Counted from the first letter of the stretch, positions 1 to 14,051 are shown. The stretch: 64,000 bases of DNA from an uncultured Acidobacteriota bacterium (GCA_963700145.1 OY969474.1:2496001-2560000), one strand, 5' to 3'. Made by a program: numbers and translations. Notes: generated from the letters alone by a model not told the origin.

Positions 1-864
1 TGAGCACGACGACCGCCACCGCCGGCCGGCTCAGCGCGCGCGCCCGGTAGTTGCGCTCGGCCTCCTCGTAGCGCAGGGTGGCGATGTCGCCCAGCCGCAC
101 GGTCGGCGAGACCGGCCGGCGGGCGAGCGCCTCCAAGTCGGCGTAGCGGGCGACCGAGCGCAGGAGGAGCTTGTCGCCGCCGGCGCGCACGCTCCCCGAG
201 GCGAGGGTGAAGTTGTCGGTGGCGAGCTGGCGGCCCAGCTCGTAGATGTTGAGCCCCGCCGCCTCGGTGCGGTCGCGGTCGAGCTCGATCAGGATCTCTT
301 TCTCTTCCAGGCCGTCGGTCTCGATCGCCGCGACGCCGTCGATCCGCTGCAGCGGCAGGACGATCCCGTTCTGGATCAGGTTCCAGGCGTCGGTCAGCTC
401 GGGATCGACCGCCAGGCCGAGGACGTAGACCGGCACGCCGCTCTCGTCGTGCTTGCGGATGAAGATGCGGTCGGCGTCGCGCGGCAGGCGGGCGCGCACC
501 CGCTGCACGCGGTCGCGCACCTCGCGGTAGGCGACGTCCATGTCGCTGCCGGGCTTGAAGGCCAGGCCGACGCGGCCCCAGCCGGGGACCGCGGTCGAGT
601 CGAGGCGGTCGAGGCCGCGCACCGTCGCCAGCTCCTCCTCGAGCGGCAGGACGATCTTCTCCAGCACCTCCTCCGGTGGCGCGTCGCGCCAGGGGACGGA
701 GACGCCGAGGTGGGGGGCGTTGAAGCCGCGCGGCAGCAGCTCCAGCGGGATGGCGAGGGTGGCCACCAGCCCCACCACCACCGTGCTGGCGACGAAGACC
801 AGGACGGTGATGCGGCGGTCGAGGGAGAGGCGCGGCAGCGCGCTCTCCCAGCGCGAGGGGGTCT

Positions 865-868
<4 letters not shown>
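1..868 (-). CDS. RND (AcrB/AcrD/AcrF family) efflux permease, second paralogue; 5' part only, runs off the window
   Basis: Hand translation from GTG 868 (GTGA overlap with the upstream stop): MKTPSRWESALPRLSLDRRITVLVFVASTVVVGLVATLAIPLELLPRGF...PPEEVLEKIVLPLEEEL, a typical RND N-terminus. Confidence 0.85.
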
Positions 869-4637
<3,769 letters not shown>

Positions 4638-4641
<4 letters not shown>

Positions 4642-5744
4642 GCGCCCTTCCCCGCCAGCCGCACCTTGGCGCCCTGCTTGAGCCCGGCCTGGCCGGCCAC
4701 GACCAAGCGGTCGCCGGCGGCCAAGCCGCCGGCCGGCTCGACGTTGGCGCGATCCTCGAGCCTGGCCACCAGGCGCACGCGCTCGACGTGCTTGCCGTCC
4801 GGCCCCAGGCGGTAGACGAAGAGCTGGTCGTGGTCGTAGACCAGCGCCCGCTTGGGGACCAGGAGGGCGTCGGGGTGGACGGCGGTGACCAGCGCCACGT
4901 CCACGTACATGCCGGGGCGGAGCCCCTCCTGCGGCGGCACGTCCACGGTCACCTTCACGGTGCCGCTCTGCGGGTCGACGACCGGCGAGAGGCGCTCGAC
5001 GCGGCCGGCGAACTCGCGCCCGCCCAGGGCCGGCGCCACGATCCGCACCGTCTGGTTCGGGGCCAGCCGCCCCAGCTCCTTCTCCGGCACGTGGACGCGG
5101 GCGACGATCGAGTCGAAGTCCACCAGCTCGAAGAGGGGCTGGTTCAGGTTGACGAAGTCGCCGACGCCGACCAGGCGGCGGGTGACGGTGCCGGAGATCG
5201 GCGCGCGCACCTCGGTGTAGCCGAGCTGCCGCCGCGCCTCCTCGCGCGCCAGCTGGAGCTGCTCGAGCTCGTAGGCGGTCTCGTTGAAGGCCTGCTCGGG
5301 GATGAGCTGGAGGGCGAAGAGCTTCTTCTGCCGCTCGTGCTCGCGCTCGGCCTTGGCGAGCTGGCTCTGCACCTTGGCGAGGGCGGTGCGCTGCTCCTCG
5401 TCCTGGAGGCGTAGGAGCGGCTGCCCGCGCCCGACGCGCCTCCCCTCCTCGACGAAGAGCTGCCGCACCTGGCGGGAGGCCTGGGCGAGGACCTCCACCT
5501 GCTCCTCGGCCTCCAGGTGGGTCGAGTAGCGGAGGACCGCCTCGATCGGCCCGCGGGCCAGCGGCGCCACCTCGACCGGCACCGCCTCGTCCTTGGGCTT
5601 GGCGTCCTTGCCGTCCTCGCCCTTCTCCGCCTCGCGGGCGGCCTTGTCGTCCGTGTCGCGGGCCTCGGCGTCCCTCTCCGAGCACCCCGCCCCGGCCAGC
5701 CCGACGGCCGCCAGCAGCACCAACAGCCAGCATGCGCTTCTCAC
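4638..5744 (-). CDS. RND periplasmic adaptor (MFP) lipoprotein
   Basis: Lipobox LAGAGC; VEEGRRVGRGQPLLRL, coiled hairpin, TEVRAPISGTV, GLRPGMYV. AGGAGG lies just upstream of GTG 5744. Confidence 0.92.
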
Positions 5745-5947
5745 GACGTTCCTCCTCGGCCGAAAAAGGGACCGCCCCGGTGCGCGCGAAACCGAGCTGG
5801 GGCTCCAGAGCCTGCTACGTCCGGCGGAACGGGGTTGTTTCAGGGCGACCGTAACACTCGCCCCCTTTTTGCGCCTACTGGAGGAAGCGAGGCCGCAAGT
5901 GCGGCGGCGCAAGGTCTCTCAAACCAACCACAAAAGGAGGAAGGACG

Positions 5948-6142
5948 ATGGCGACACAACCAGCACCAGCGGCACCACCGGCACCGGCGGCACGGGCGAG
6001 GAACGTGAGACTGGGGATCTTCGTGGGCTTCGGCGCGCTCGTCGGCTTCGGCATCGGCTTCGGCTTCGGCGGGGTCGTCGGCGGCGTCATCGGCGGCATC
6101 ATCGGCGGCATCATCGGCGGCATCATCGGCAAGTTCGACTGA
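5948..6142 (+). CDS. 64-aa glycine-zipper micro-protein (Pro/Ala leader + GxG/GGxx hydrophobic repeats)
   Basis: Strong SD AAGGAGGAAGG before ATG 5948; GC3-rich codons; first gene of a tight three-gene unit. Confidence 0.7.
   Translation: MATQPAPAAPPAPAARARNVRLGIFVGFGALVGFGIGFGFGGVVGGVIGGIIGGIIGGIIGKFD
6068..6127 (+). repeat. 12-bp in-frame tandem repeat (GGCGGCATCATC-type, 5 units) encoding GGVV-GGVI-GGII-GGII-GGII
   Basis: Read directly: ggcggggtcgtc ggcggcgtcatc (ggcggcatcatc)x3. Confidence 0.95.
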
Positions 6143-6158
6143 CCCAAGGAGAGACACC

Positions 6159-6437
6159 ATGGCCAAGGAGCAACCGAAACCGGGTCAGGTCGACCGGGAG
6201 GTCGTCAAGGCGCTGCTCGACAGCGGCGCCGTCAACTTCGAAGCGATCGGGGCGGCCGTCGCCAAGTTCGGCCCCAGCCTCGCGCTCAACCCCAACGACG
6301 AGTGGGAGAACTTCTGCCTGACGATGAAGATCTTCGTCCGGCTCTACCGGTTCCCCTTCCCGTTCGGCGAGCGCCAGAGGGGGTTGGAGGACCTCGGCGC
6401 GCTGCGCGGGGAAGTGGCGCCCGACGTCAAGGGCTAG
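6159..6437 (+). CDS. 92-aa hypothetical protein with a single Cys in EWENFCLTMKIFVRLY
   Basis: SD AAGGAG; host-like codon usage; starts 16 bp after the previous stop. Confidence 0.8.
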   Translation: MAKEQPKPGQVDREVVKALLDSGAVNFEAIGAAVAKFGPSLALNPNDEWENFCLTMKIFVRLYRFPFPFGERQRGLEDLGALRGEVAPDVKG

Positions 6438-6461
6438 CCCTTCCCGCTCGGCGAGGACGAC

Positions 6462-7718
6462 ATGCACCACGGCTGGGACGAGGAGAACCTGCGGGAGCGG
6501 CTCGCCGCCTCCCTGCAGGTGGCGGCACGCGCCGTCACCCTCCTCGCTCCGGCCGGTTATGAAGCCGAGACGCAGGAGGGCCTCCGGCCCGAGAAGGTGC
6601 GGGCCGAAACGGCGCTCTTCCTGCTGGCGAGCCACGCCGTCTGCGCCGCCGACCCGGACCTCGCCGCGCGCCACCGGCAGGTCGCCGAGGCGCTGGTCCC
6701 GTACGCCCGCAGCGAGCGCGTCGCCGCGATGATCGCGCTCGAGCCGGTCGTCGCCCTGGACCACGCCCTGATCCACCTCTGTCTTTCGCGCCTCGGGCTC
6801 GGCGACGAGCGGTTCGACCGCCTCCTCGCCGCGGCCCGGACGAGCCGCGCCGCGGCCGCGCGCGAGCGCCTCCCCCACCGCGACATGGAGCAGGCGTGGC
6901 TCGGACGCCTGACCGGCGCCGCCGGCGAGGAGTCCGGCCGGGGGCGCGGCCTGCCCGCGCGGTCCATCCTCGGGCGCCCGCTGGACGCCCTGTCGGCGAC
7001 GACCGACGACGTCTATGCCTTCACCCACGCCGTGATGTTCGCCACCGACCTGGGCGCGCGGACCCCGCGGCTGCCGCGCTCGGGCGCCGCGATCGCCGCC
7101 GACGCCGAAGCGGCGCTCGCCTGGTGCCTGGACGACCAAGACTACGACCTCGGCGGCGAGGTGCTGCTGACCTGGCCGCTGCTGCGGCGGCGCTGGAGCG
7201 CCGCCGCGACCTTCGGTTTCCACTGCCTCGCTCGCGTCGAGGACGAGGCCGGCTTCCTGCCGGCGCCCGTGATCTCGCTCGAGCGTCTCGCCACTCTTGA
7301 GGGCGAGGCGCGGGCGCGCTACGCCCTCGCGCTGAGCTACCACACGGTCTACGTGATGGGGCTCTTGTGCTCGCTCGCGCTCAGTCCGGGCGGCGCGCCG
7401 CCGCGCTCCGTTCCGCCCTCGCGACGCCCGCGAGGAGCGGCGGCGGCCCTCCTCGAGGTCCCCGACATGGACGCCGAGCCGCGGCACTGGCAGGGTGTCT
7501 TCGCGGCCCTCGACGGGGCGCAGCGCGACGCGCTGGCGCCCCTGCTTCTCGCCATCCGCCTGCGCCGCGCGGCGGCGCGCCGGGACTTGGCGGGCATCCA
7601 GGAGCTGCTCAGGGCGGCCGCGCGGTTCGACCTCCTGGCGGCGCCGGCCCCGCAACAGGCGATCGAGCTCCTCCAGCGCGCGGCCCTCTTGGGCCGGCTG
7701 GGGCTCGCCACCGACTGA
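6462..7718 (+). CDS. Uncharacterised alpha-helical protein, DUF6895-like
   Basis: 418 aa, SD GAGG. Motifs KVRAETAL, YAFTHAVMFATDLG, DYDLGGEVL and SYHTVYVMGL are recalled as DUF6895-like; not searched. Confidence 0.7.
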   Translation: MHHGWDEENLRERLAASLQVAARAVTLLAPAGYEAETQEGLRPEKVRAETALFLLASHAVCAADPDLAARHRQVAEALVPYARSERVAAMIALEPVVALDHALIHLCLSRLGLGDERFDRLLAAARTSRAAAARERLPHRDMEQAWLGRLTGAAGEESGRGRGLPARSILGRPLDALSATTDDVYAFTHAVMFATDLGARTPRLPRSGAAIAADAEAALAWCLDDQDYDLGGEVLLTWPLLRRRWSAAATFGFHCLARVEDEAGFLPAPVISLERLATLEGEARARYALALSYHTVYVMGLLCSLALSPGGAPPRSVPPSRRPRGAAAALLEVPDMDAEPRHWQGVFAALDGAQRDALAPLLLAIRLRRAAARRDLAGIQELLRAAARFDLLAAPAPQQAIELLQRAALLGRLGLATD

Positions 7719-8825
7719 CTAGCTGGCCGTCTTCCGGAACGCCCGCGCGCTGCCAAGCACCAAGACGGTGGCGATGGCGAGGAGGGCGGCGACGTGCTGC
7801 CAGAGGTCGAGGAAGCCGGCGCCGCGGATGACGATGCCGCGGGAGATGGCGATGAAGTGGGTGGCGGGCAGGACCTGCGCCACCCACTGCAGCGGCCCAG
7901 GCAGCGACGAGAGCGGGAAGATGTAGCCCGAGAGCATGATCGAGGGGAGCAGCACCATCTGCGCGATCTGCGTCGCCTCCATCTGGGTCTTGGCGCGGGC
8001 CGAGATCAGCAGGCCCAGCGACAAGAGAGCGAAGAGGTAGACCGTGGCGAGCCCGAGGAGGAGCGGCACGCTGCCGTGGATCGGCACGCGGAAGACGGTG
8101 GACATGAGCGCCAGCACCACCAGGAGCTGGAGGAAGGAGAGGGCGAGGTACGGCAGGAGCTTGCCGAAGACCACGGCGATCGGCGAGGCCGGCGTCACCA
8201 TGAGCTGTTCCAGGGTGCCGCGCTCGCGCTCGCGGACGATGGCGTAGGCCGAGAGGAGCGTCGCCGAGAAGGTCAGGAGGATAGCGATCAGCCCTGGGAT
8301 CAGGAGGTTGGCGCTGCGTGAGTCGGGGTTGAAGAGGAGCTGCGGCCGCGCCTCCAGCGGCAGCTCGTCGATTCCCTGCTCGCGCGCCAGCTGCTGCAGC
8401 GACCGCGACAGCGTCAGCCCGTTGGTCGCCGCGAGGGCTTGTGACGAGAGGCTCGAGTCCGAGCCGTCGATCAGCACCAGGACGCGCGCCGCCTCGCCGT
8501 AGAGCCGCCGGCGCGCGAAATCGGGCGGCACCTCGATCCCCACCGACGCCTCCCCGGCCACGATCGCCTCGCGCAGCGCCGCCCGCGACGGCACGTAACG
8601 CTCAACGGCGAAGAGCCCCGTGCTCTGGAAGGCGGCGAGGAGCTCGCGGCTCTCGGCACTGCGGCTCTGGTCGAAGACCGCGGTCGGCACGTCGGTGACG
8701 TTGGTGTCGATCAGACCGAAGAGGACGAGCTGGAAGACCGGCAGGGCCAGGGCGAAGCGCAGGGTGCCGCGGTCGCGCACCATCTGCAGGCCCTCCTTGC
8801 GCAGGACCGCGCCGAAGCCCCTCAC
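7719..8825 (-). CDS. ABC-2 type exporter permease (YbhR/YbhS-like)
   Basis: [45 protein letters not shown] 8825 overlaps the ATPase stop. Confidence 0.92.
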   Translation of the reverse strand: MRGFGAVLRKEGLQMVRDRGTLRFALALPVFQLVLFGLIDTNVTDVPTAVFDQSRSAESRELLAAFQSTGLFAVERYVPSRAALREAIVAGEASVGIEVPPDFARRRLYGEAARVLVLIDGSDSSLSSQALAATNGLTLSRSLQQLAREQGIDELPLEARPQLLFNPDSRSANLLIPGLIAILLTFSATLLSAYAIVRERERGTLEQLMVTPASPIAVVFGKLLPYLALSFLQLLVVLALMSTVFRVPIHGSVPLLLGLATVYLFALLSLGLLISARAKTQMEATQIAQMVLLPSIMLSGYIFPLSSLPGPLQWVAQVLPATHFIAISRGIVIRGAGFLDLWQHVAALLAIATVLVLGSARAFRKTAS

Positions 8826-9853
8826 CGGGCCGCTCCCGCCGCCGCCGGCGCCACGCCCGCGGCCTTGCCGTCCCCCTGCAGCGCCGTCAGCCGCACGAAG
8901 ACGTCTTCCAGGCTGGGGTCGATCGGGCGGATGCGCACGTCGGAGCGCCCGGCGGCCTCGAGGTCGCGCTCGATCGTGTCGTCCGGCACGCCGGCGTCCA
9001 CCAGCAGGTGGAGAGCGTTGCCGAAGATCGTCACCTCCTGGACGTAGGGGAGCGACCGCGCCCGCCCCATGACCGCCGCGGCGCCGCGGTCGCACTCCGC
9101 CTCGACCCGGCGCTTCCCCGCCGGCGTCACCTCCGGCCGGCGCGTCAGCTCGTCCGGGCGCCCCTCGACGAGCAGGCGAGCCATGTAGAGATAGCCGACC
9201 GTGCCGCAGCGCTCGGCCTCGTCCATGTAGTGGGTGGTGACGAGGAGGGTCACGCCCTCGGCGGCGAGCTCGAAGAGGAGGTTCCAGAGCTCGCGCCGGG
9301 CGACCGGGTCGATGCCGGCGGTCGGCTCGTCGAGGAACAGGACGCGCGGCCGGTGCATGACCGCGGCGGCGAGCGACAGGCGCTGCTTCCAGCCGCCGGA
9401 GAGCTGGCCAGCCAGCCGGTCGAGGTAGGGCCCGATGCCGGTCAGCTCGATCGCCCAGCGCCGCCGCTCGCGCGCCGTCTCGCCGACGAGACCGTAGACC
9501 GAGGCGAAAAAGTCCAGGTTCTCGGCCACCGACAGGTCCTCGTAGAGCGAGAAGCGCTGCGGCACGTAGCCGATGCGCGCCCGCACTTCCTCGCCCTGCG
9601 TCGCGACGTCGAGGCCGTCCACCGCGGCGCGGCCGGCGGTCGGGGCGAGGAGGCCGCAGAGGATGCGGATGAGGGTCGACTTGCCCGAGCCGTTGGGCCC
9701 CAGGAGGCCGTAGATCTCGCCGCGGTGGACGCGCAGCGAGACGCCGTCGAGGGCGCGCACGCGGCCGAAGTCCTTGACGATCTTCTCGGCCTCGATCCCC
9801 CAGCCCCCGGCGGCCGCCGAGGCCGCCACACCGGGTTCACCGGGCTCGCTCAC
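8822..9853 (-). CDS. ABC exporter ATP-binding subunit (YbhF-like, single NBD)
   Basis: Walker [10 protein letters not shown], signature LSGGWKQR, Walker B FLDEPT, H-loop [12 protein letters not shown] start 9853. Confidence 0.93.
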   Translation of the reverse strand: MSEPGEPGVAASAAAGGWGIEAEKIVKDFGRVRALDGVSLRVHRGEIYGLLGPNGSGKSTLIRILCGLLAPTAGRAAVDGLDVATQGEEVRARIGYVPQRFSLYEDLSVAENLDFFASVYGLVGETARERRRWAIELTGIGPYLDRLAGQLSGGWKQRLSLAAAVMHRPRVLFLDEPTAGIDPVARRELWNLLFELAAEGVTLLVTTHYMDEAERCGTVGYLYMARLLVEGRPDELTRRPEVTPAGKRRVEAECDRGAAAVMGRARSLPYVQEVTIFGNALHLLVDAGVPDDTIERDLEAAGRSDVRIRPIDPSLEDVFVRLTALQGDGKAAGVAPAAAGAAR

Positions 9854-10785
9854 CGCTCCTCCAGGTGCACCAGCGCCGCCATCCCCGCCTTGAGCTCCGG
9901 CGCCGCCTCCACCTCCACCTTGACGCCGAAGACCTGCTCGGCCCGCTGCTCCAGGGTCTGGACGTTGCGCGGCGTGTACTCGGCCTGGTCGCGGATCTCG
10001 ACGATGCGGCCGCGGAAGCGGCGCTCGGGGAAGCTGTCCACCGTCACCGCCGCCGGCTGGCCGACGCGGACGCGGCCGAGCTCCGGCTCCGGGACGTAGA
10101 CGCGCACCCAGAGCTGCCCGGCCTCGAGCAGCGCGGCCACCGGGCGGTTGGCCGGCACCAGGTCGCCGGGGCGCAGGTCGAGGCTCTCGACCACCCCGGC
10201 CGCCGGCGCCGCGACCAGCGTCTCCTGCCGCTGCCGCTCGAGCAGCGCTAGCCGCGTCTCCTCGCGCGCCAGCGCCGCCCGCGCCCCCGCCACGTCCTCC
10301 TCGCGGCCGCCGCTCTCGGCCTCGCGCAGGGTCTCGCGGGCGGTCGCGGCACGCACCGTCGCGGCGTCGTAGTCGCGGCGCGGGATCACCCCTTGCCGCC
10401 AGAGCGCCTCGAAGCGGCGGCGATCGGTCTCGGCGGCGCGGTACTCGATCTCGGCGCGGCGCACCGCCTCGCTCCTCGGCCCGCGCTCGGTGCGGGCGAG
10501 GGCCGCCCGCGCCTCCTCGATCCGCGCCCGCTGCTCGGCGACCTCCAGGTCGCGCAGGTCGGAGTCGAAGCGGACGATGGGCTGGCCGGCCGCCACTCGG
10601 TCCCCCTCCTCGACGTAGACCTCCAGCACCCGCCCGCCGACCAGCGATCCCACCTCCACGGTCCGCGCCTCCAGCGACCCCGAGAGGACCAGCCCCTCGC
10701 GGTCGCGCCGGGCGGCGAGCCAGAGCCAGACGCCGGCGGCGGCGACGGCGAGGAGGAGGACGGCGACGGCGGCGCGGCGCTTCAT
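9850..10785 (-). CDS. HlyD-family membrane fusion protein (YbhG-like)
   Basis: N-terminal [22 protein letters not shown], coiled coil, [10 protein letters not shown]. Confidence 0.92.
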   Translation of the reverse strand: MKRRAAVAVLLLAVAAAGVWLWLAARRDREGLVLSGSLEARTVEVGSLVGGRVLEVYVEEGDRVAAGQPIVRFDSDLRDLEVAEQRARIEEARAALARTERGPRSEAVRRAEIEYRAAETDRRRFEALWRQGVIPRRDYDAATVRAATARETLREAESGGREEDVAGARAALAREETRLALLERQRQETLVAAPAAGVVESLDLRPGDLVPANRPVAALLEAGQLWVRVYVPEPELGRVRVGQPAAVTVDSFPERRFRGRIVEIRDQAEYTPRNVQTLEQRAEQVFGVKVEVEAAPELKAGMAALVHLEER

Positions 10786-10835
10786 CGTGGGGTTTGAGCC
10801 GTCGGCAGTGTATCCCCGGGCAGTCTTCTTGCTTC

Positions 10836-11291
10836 ATGAACCCGCCCCCCAGCTCGCAGTGGGTCCTCCAGCTCGTCTGGCTCTTCGCCCTGGCGCTGCC
10901 GATCGCCTGCGTGGCCTGGACGGTCACCCACGAGGAGGTCTTCAAAGAGCCGCGCGAGTGGAGCGAGCGGAGATCCAAGACGGCGCGCTCGCTCCTCGCC
11001 CGCAAGTTCTTCTACCTCTTCACCTGCGAGTACTGCTTCAGCCACTACGTGACGATCTTCTTCCTCGTCGTGACGCGCTACCGGCTGCTCCTCGACGACT
11101 GGCGCGGCTACCTGATCGCCTTCTTCGCCCTGGTCGCCGTGGCCAACAGCTACATGAGCGCCTTCGGCCGCCTGCGCCAGGAGGTCAAGTCCGAGAAGCT
11201 GGAAGCCGAGACGAGGGAGAAGGTGCTCGAGAAGGTGGAGCTGGAGGTGGAGCGGGCGGAGGAGAAGCGGCGGCCGGCGCGCGCGCGCTAG
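10836..11291 (+). CDS. Small membrane protein with CxxC motif (DUF1360-like)
   Basis: Three hydrophobic segments, [11 protein letters not shown], charged coiled-coil tail. Confidence 0.7.
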   Translation: MNPPPSSQWVLQLVWLFALALPIACVAWTVTHEEVFKEPREWSERRSKTARSLLARKFFYLFTCEYCFSHYVTIFFLVVTRYRLLLDDWRGYLIAFFALVAVANSYMSAFGRLRQEVKSEKLEAETREKVLEKVELEVERAEEKRRPARAR

Positions 11292-11770
11292 GGGTCCGTG
11301 CCGGCGGGCACGGCGACCTCGTCCTCCCGCCACTCCTGGCCGCAGCCGCGGCAGCTCCAGCGCCGGTGCAGGACCGGCACCGGGAACCCCAGCAGCAGCC
11401 AGGCGGCGACGAAGGCCTTGAGCGACCAGCGGCGGTAGCGCAGCTCGGCCGAACGGCAGCCGGGGCAGCGCCGCACCGTCACCTCTTCCCCCTCCTCGAC
11501 GAGGTAGATCTCCGGCAACGACTCCTCGCGCGCCAGCTCCGCCGCCGCGGCCTCCAGGTCCTGGCGGCGGACCTGGAGCTTGACGCCGCCGACCGCCTGG
11601 GAGACCGCCCAGACGATGCGCACCGTGTGCTCGTCGGCGACGCTGGCCTCGATCCCCGCCGACTCCAGCCGCGCCTTGCCGAGGAGCGCCTCCCAGGGCG
11701 TGGTGAAGGCCGCAACCGTCACCCGCGGCTCGAGGCCGTAGGCGGGCTGGGGCTCGGGCTCGGCGTTCAC
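11288..11770 (-). CDS. DUF2007-like domain + split Zn-ribbon (CPGC...CRGC) membrane protein
   Basis: EALLGKARLESAGI...GGVKLQV; CPGC, a TM helix, then CRGC. Confidence 0.75.
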   Translation of the reverse strand: MNAEPEPQPAYGLEPRVTVAAFTTPWEALLGKARLESAGIEASVADEHTVRIVWAVSQAVGGVKLQVRRQDLEAAAAELAREESLPEIYLVEEGEEVTVRRCPGCRSAELRYRRWSLKAFVAAWLLLGFPVPVLHRRWSCRGCGQEWREDEVAVPAGTDP

Positions 11771-11949
11771 GGCGCCACCCCCCCTTCGCTCAGGAGGTTC
11801 CCGATCCACCAAAGGAGGGCGGCGAAGAGGAGGAGCACGGAGAGGGCGGCGCCGGCGGCCACCACCCGGCCGAGCGGCCCGCGCAGCGCGAGGTAGGCGA
11901 GGACCGCGGCGAGCAGCGCGAAGACGCCGAAGACCAGCGTCGCCAGCAC
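11767..11949 (-). CDS. 60-aa two-TM membrane protein
   Basis: Fills the gap between xseB and the DUF2007 gene with abutting/overlapping ends; entirely hydrophobic. Confidence 0.6.
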   Translation of the reverse strand: MLATLVFGVFALLAAVLAYLALRGPLGRVVAAGAALSVLLLFAALLWWIGNLLSEGGVAP

Positions 11950-12183
11950 CTAGCCCGCCCCCTCACCCTCACGCCCCTCGATCCCCTGCACGATCTGCGT
12001 CACCTCGACCTCGGCGCGCCGGATCTTGGCGCGGCAGACCTCGAGCAGCTCGGCCGCCCGGCGCAGCTCCTCGGCCAGGCGGTCGACGTCCACCTCCTCC
12101 CCCTCGATGCGGGCGAGGATGCGCTCCAGCTCGTCGATCGCCTCGCGGAAGCTCGGCGCGGCCTGTTCTTGCGGCTCGCTCAT
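11950..12183 (-). CDS. xseB: Exodeoxyribonuclease VII small subunit
   Basis: SFREAIDELERILARIE...ELLEVCRAKIRRAE; follows xseA with an ATGA overlap. Confidence 0.93.
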   Translation of the reverse strand: MSEPQEQAAPSFREAIDELERILARIEGEEVDVDRLAEELRRAAELLEVCRAKIRRAEVEVTQIVQGIEGREGEGAG

Positions 12184-13427
12184 CCCTGCTCCCCCCCTAC
12201 GACGCGGCTGCGCAGCGCGCCGGCGGCCAGGCGGGTGACCAGCAGCTCGCCGGCGGCGGCGCGCGCGGCGTCGCGCAGGAGGACTCCGTCCGCCGTGCGG
12301 GTGATCGAGAAGCCGCGCGCCAGGGTGCGCTCGGGGCCGAGCTGCCGGCAGAGGCGCTCGAGGCCCTCGGTGCGCCGGGCGGCGGCGCGTAGGACGCCCT
12401 GCCCGGCGCGGCCGAGCGCGCGGCCGAGCTCCGCCACCCGCGTCCCGCGGCCGGCGAGCCGCAGCCGCGCCAGCCGCACGCCGCGCTCCGCCCGCCCCAG
12501 CGCCTCGCGCCCGGCGCGCAAGGGGGCCGTGCCCTGGCGCAGCAGCGCCTGGCGCAGCTCCACCAGCCGCTGCTCGGCGCGCGCCACCCGCTCGACCAGC
12601 AGCTCCGCCGCCTTGGTCGGGGTCTTCACCGCGGTGTGGGCGACCAGGTCCGCGATGGCGTGGTCGATCTCGTGGCCGAGGCCGGTCAGCACCGGGAAGG
12701 GCGCCCGCGCCACCGCCTCGGCGACGGCGCGGCTGTCAAAGGCGGCGAGGTCGGCGCGGGAGCCGCCGCCGCGCACCAGGACGGCGCAGTCGACCGCCGC
12801 GCGGGCCAGCGCCCCGAGCGCCGAGACCACCTCGCGCTCGGCCTCCCGCCCCTGCACCGAGACGTGGACGAAGACGACGCGGAAGCCGTAGCCGCTCTCG
12901 GCGAGGCCGGAGAGGAAGTCGTGGTAGGCGGCGCTGCCTTTAGAAGTGACGAGGGCCACCCGCAGCGGCAGCTCGGGCAGCGGCAGCGCGCGGTTGCGCT
13001 CGAGGAGGCCGGCGGCGGCGAGGGCGGCGAGGGTCTCGCGCCGGCGCCGCTCGAGCTGCCCGAGGGTGAACGCCGGGTCCACCTCGCGCACGCAGAGCTG
13101 CACCTTGCCGCCGGCGGCGAAGAAGTCGAGGTTGCCGCGCAGCCGCACCTCCTGGCCGTCGGCGAGCTGCTGGCCCGAGCGGGCGAGGAGGCGCGCCACC
13201 CGCTGGTGGTCGGTCTTCCAGAGCACCGCCTCGAGCTTCCCCACCACCTCGTCGTCCGCCCCCTTCTCGACCAGCTCGCAGTAGAGGTGGCCGCGCGGGC
13301 TCGCTTTCACCCGCTGCAGCTCGCCCACCACCCAGACGCTCGGGAAGGCCGAGGCCAGCAGCCCCTTGACCTCCCCGCACAGCTCGGAGACGGTGTAGGT
13401 GGTCTCGAAGAGGGCGAGCGTGCTCAA
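12180..13427 (-). CDS. xseA: Exodeoxyribonuclease VII large subunit
   Basis: YTVSEL, VWVVGEL..GHLY, VRGGGS..DL..FD, TGLGHEID..IADLVA..TPT, LARGFSI. Probable TTG start 13427 overlapping the upstream stop. Confidence 0.93.
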   Translation of the reverse strand: MSTLALFETTYTVSELCGEVKGLLASAFPSVWVVGELQRVKASPRGHLYCELVEKGADDEVVGKLEAVLWKTDHQRVARLLARSGQQLADGQEVRLRGNLDFFAAGGKVQLCVREVDPAFTLGQLERRRRETLAALAAAGLLERNRALPLPELPLRVALVTSKGSAAYHDFLSGLAESGYGFRVVFVHVSVQGREAEREVVSALGALARAAVDCAVLVRGGGSRADLAAFDSRAVAEAVARAPFPVLTGLGHEIDHAIADLVAHTAVKTPTKAAELLVERVARAEQRLVELRQALLRQGTAPLRAGREALGRAERGVRLARLRLAGRGTRVAELGRALGRAGQGVLRAAARRTEGLERLCRQLGPERTLARGFSITRTADGVLLRDAARAAAGELLVTRLAAGALRSRVVGGEQG

Positions 13428-13972
13428 TGCGGGGACTTGAGCTCCTTCGAGGTCGCCAGCGGGATCGACTCCGCCCACTCGATCGCCTTCTTCTCGCCGG
13501 CGGTCAACTTGGAAAGGAAGTCCACCGCCTCGTCGCGCTCGCGGAAGAGGCGCCAGATGAAGGTGTGGCCGGCGGGGGCGGTGAAGTAGGTGTAGTGCTT
13601 GGAGCCGTTCGAGAGATCGAAGCCCAGGTTGGCCTCGCCGTTGACGCCGACGCAGGCCAGGGCGATCGCCCGGCAGGCCAGGGCCAGCGCCTTGATCTCG
13701 TCCTCGTAGTCCGACAGCTCCTCGCGCGACAGCGGCGAGTGGAAGAGCGAGACCCGCGTCCCGTCCTCCTCGGCGAGCAGGGTGTAGGGGATGTCGTTGC
13801 GGTCCATCGCGTCCTTGGTCTCGGCGGTGGTGACGAAGACGTCCTCGGTGCCGTGGACCTTGTAGGTGATGGCGTAGACGTCCTTGTCGAGCTGGGCGAA
13901 GCTCTCGGCGAGGATCGATTCGTCTTCGATGGTGAAGTAGAAGAGGCGGTTGCGGGTGCGGCGTGCGGTCAT
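13424..13972 (-). CDS. Hypothetical cytoplasmic protein (182 aa), translationally coupled to xseA
   Basis: Host-like codon usage, SD AGGAG upstream; no motif recognised. Confidence 0.8.
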   Translation of the reverse strand: MTARRTRNRLFYFTIEDESILAESFAQLDKDVYAITYKVHGTEDVFVTTAETKDAMDRNDIPYTLLAEEDGTRVSLFHSPLSREELSDYEDEIKALALACRAIALACVGVNGEANLGFDLSNGSKHYTYFTAPAGHTFIWRLFRERDEAVDFLSKLTAGEKKAIEWAESIPLATSKELKSPH

Positions 13973-14051
13973 GCGGGGGACTCCTGGGGTTGGGATGGGC
14001 GGCCGGCCGGGACCTTCCCGGCCGCCGCGAACACGTCAATATATCAAATGG

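Noticed and set aside
4642-5733. 1622-aa RND fusion suggested by the ORF track (similarly 707-aa CyoE, 727-aa ATPase, 773-aa kinase, 619-aa XseA)
   Set aside because: The extensions are Arg/Gly/Ala-rich off-frame reads over the upstream gene; better starts lie downstream, mostly overlapping the upstream stop.
5875-6147. Minus-strand ORF with MMPP/PKP repeats (and 5840..6166 with DDAA repeats)
   Set aside because: Antisense shadows of the 12-bp repeat; the plus-strand frame has the strong SD and operon context.
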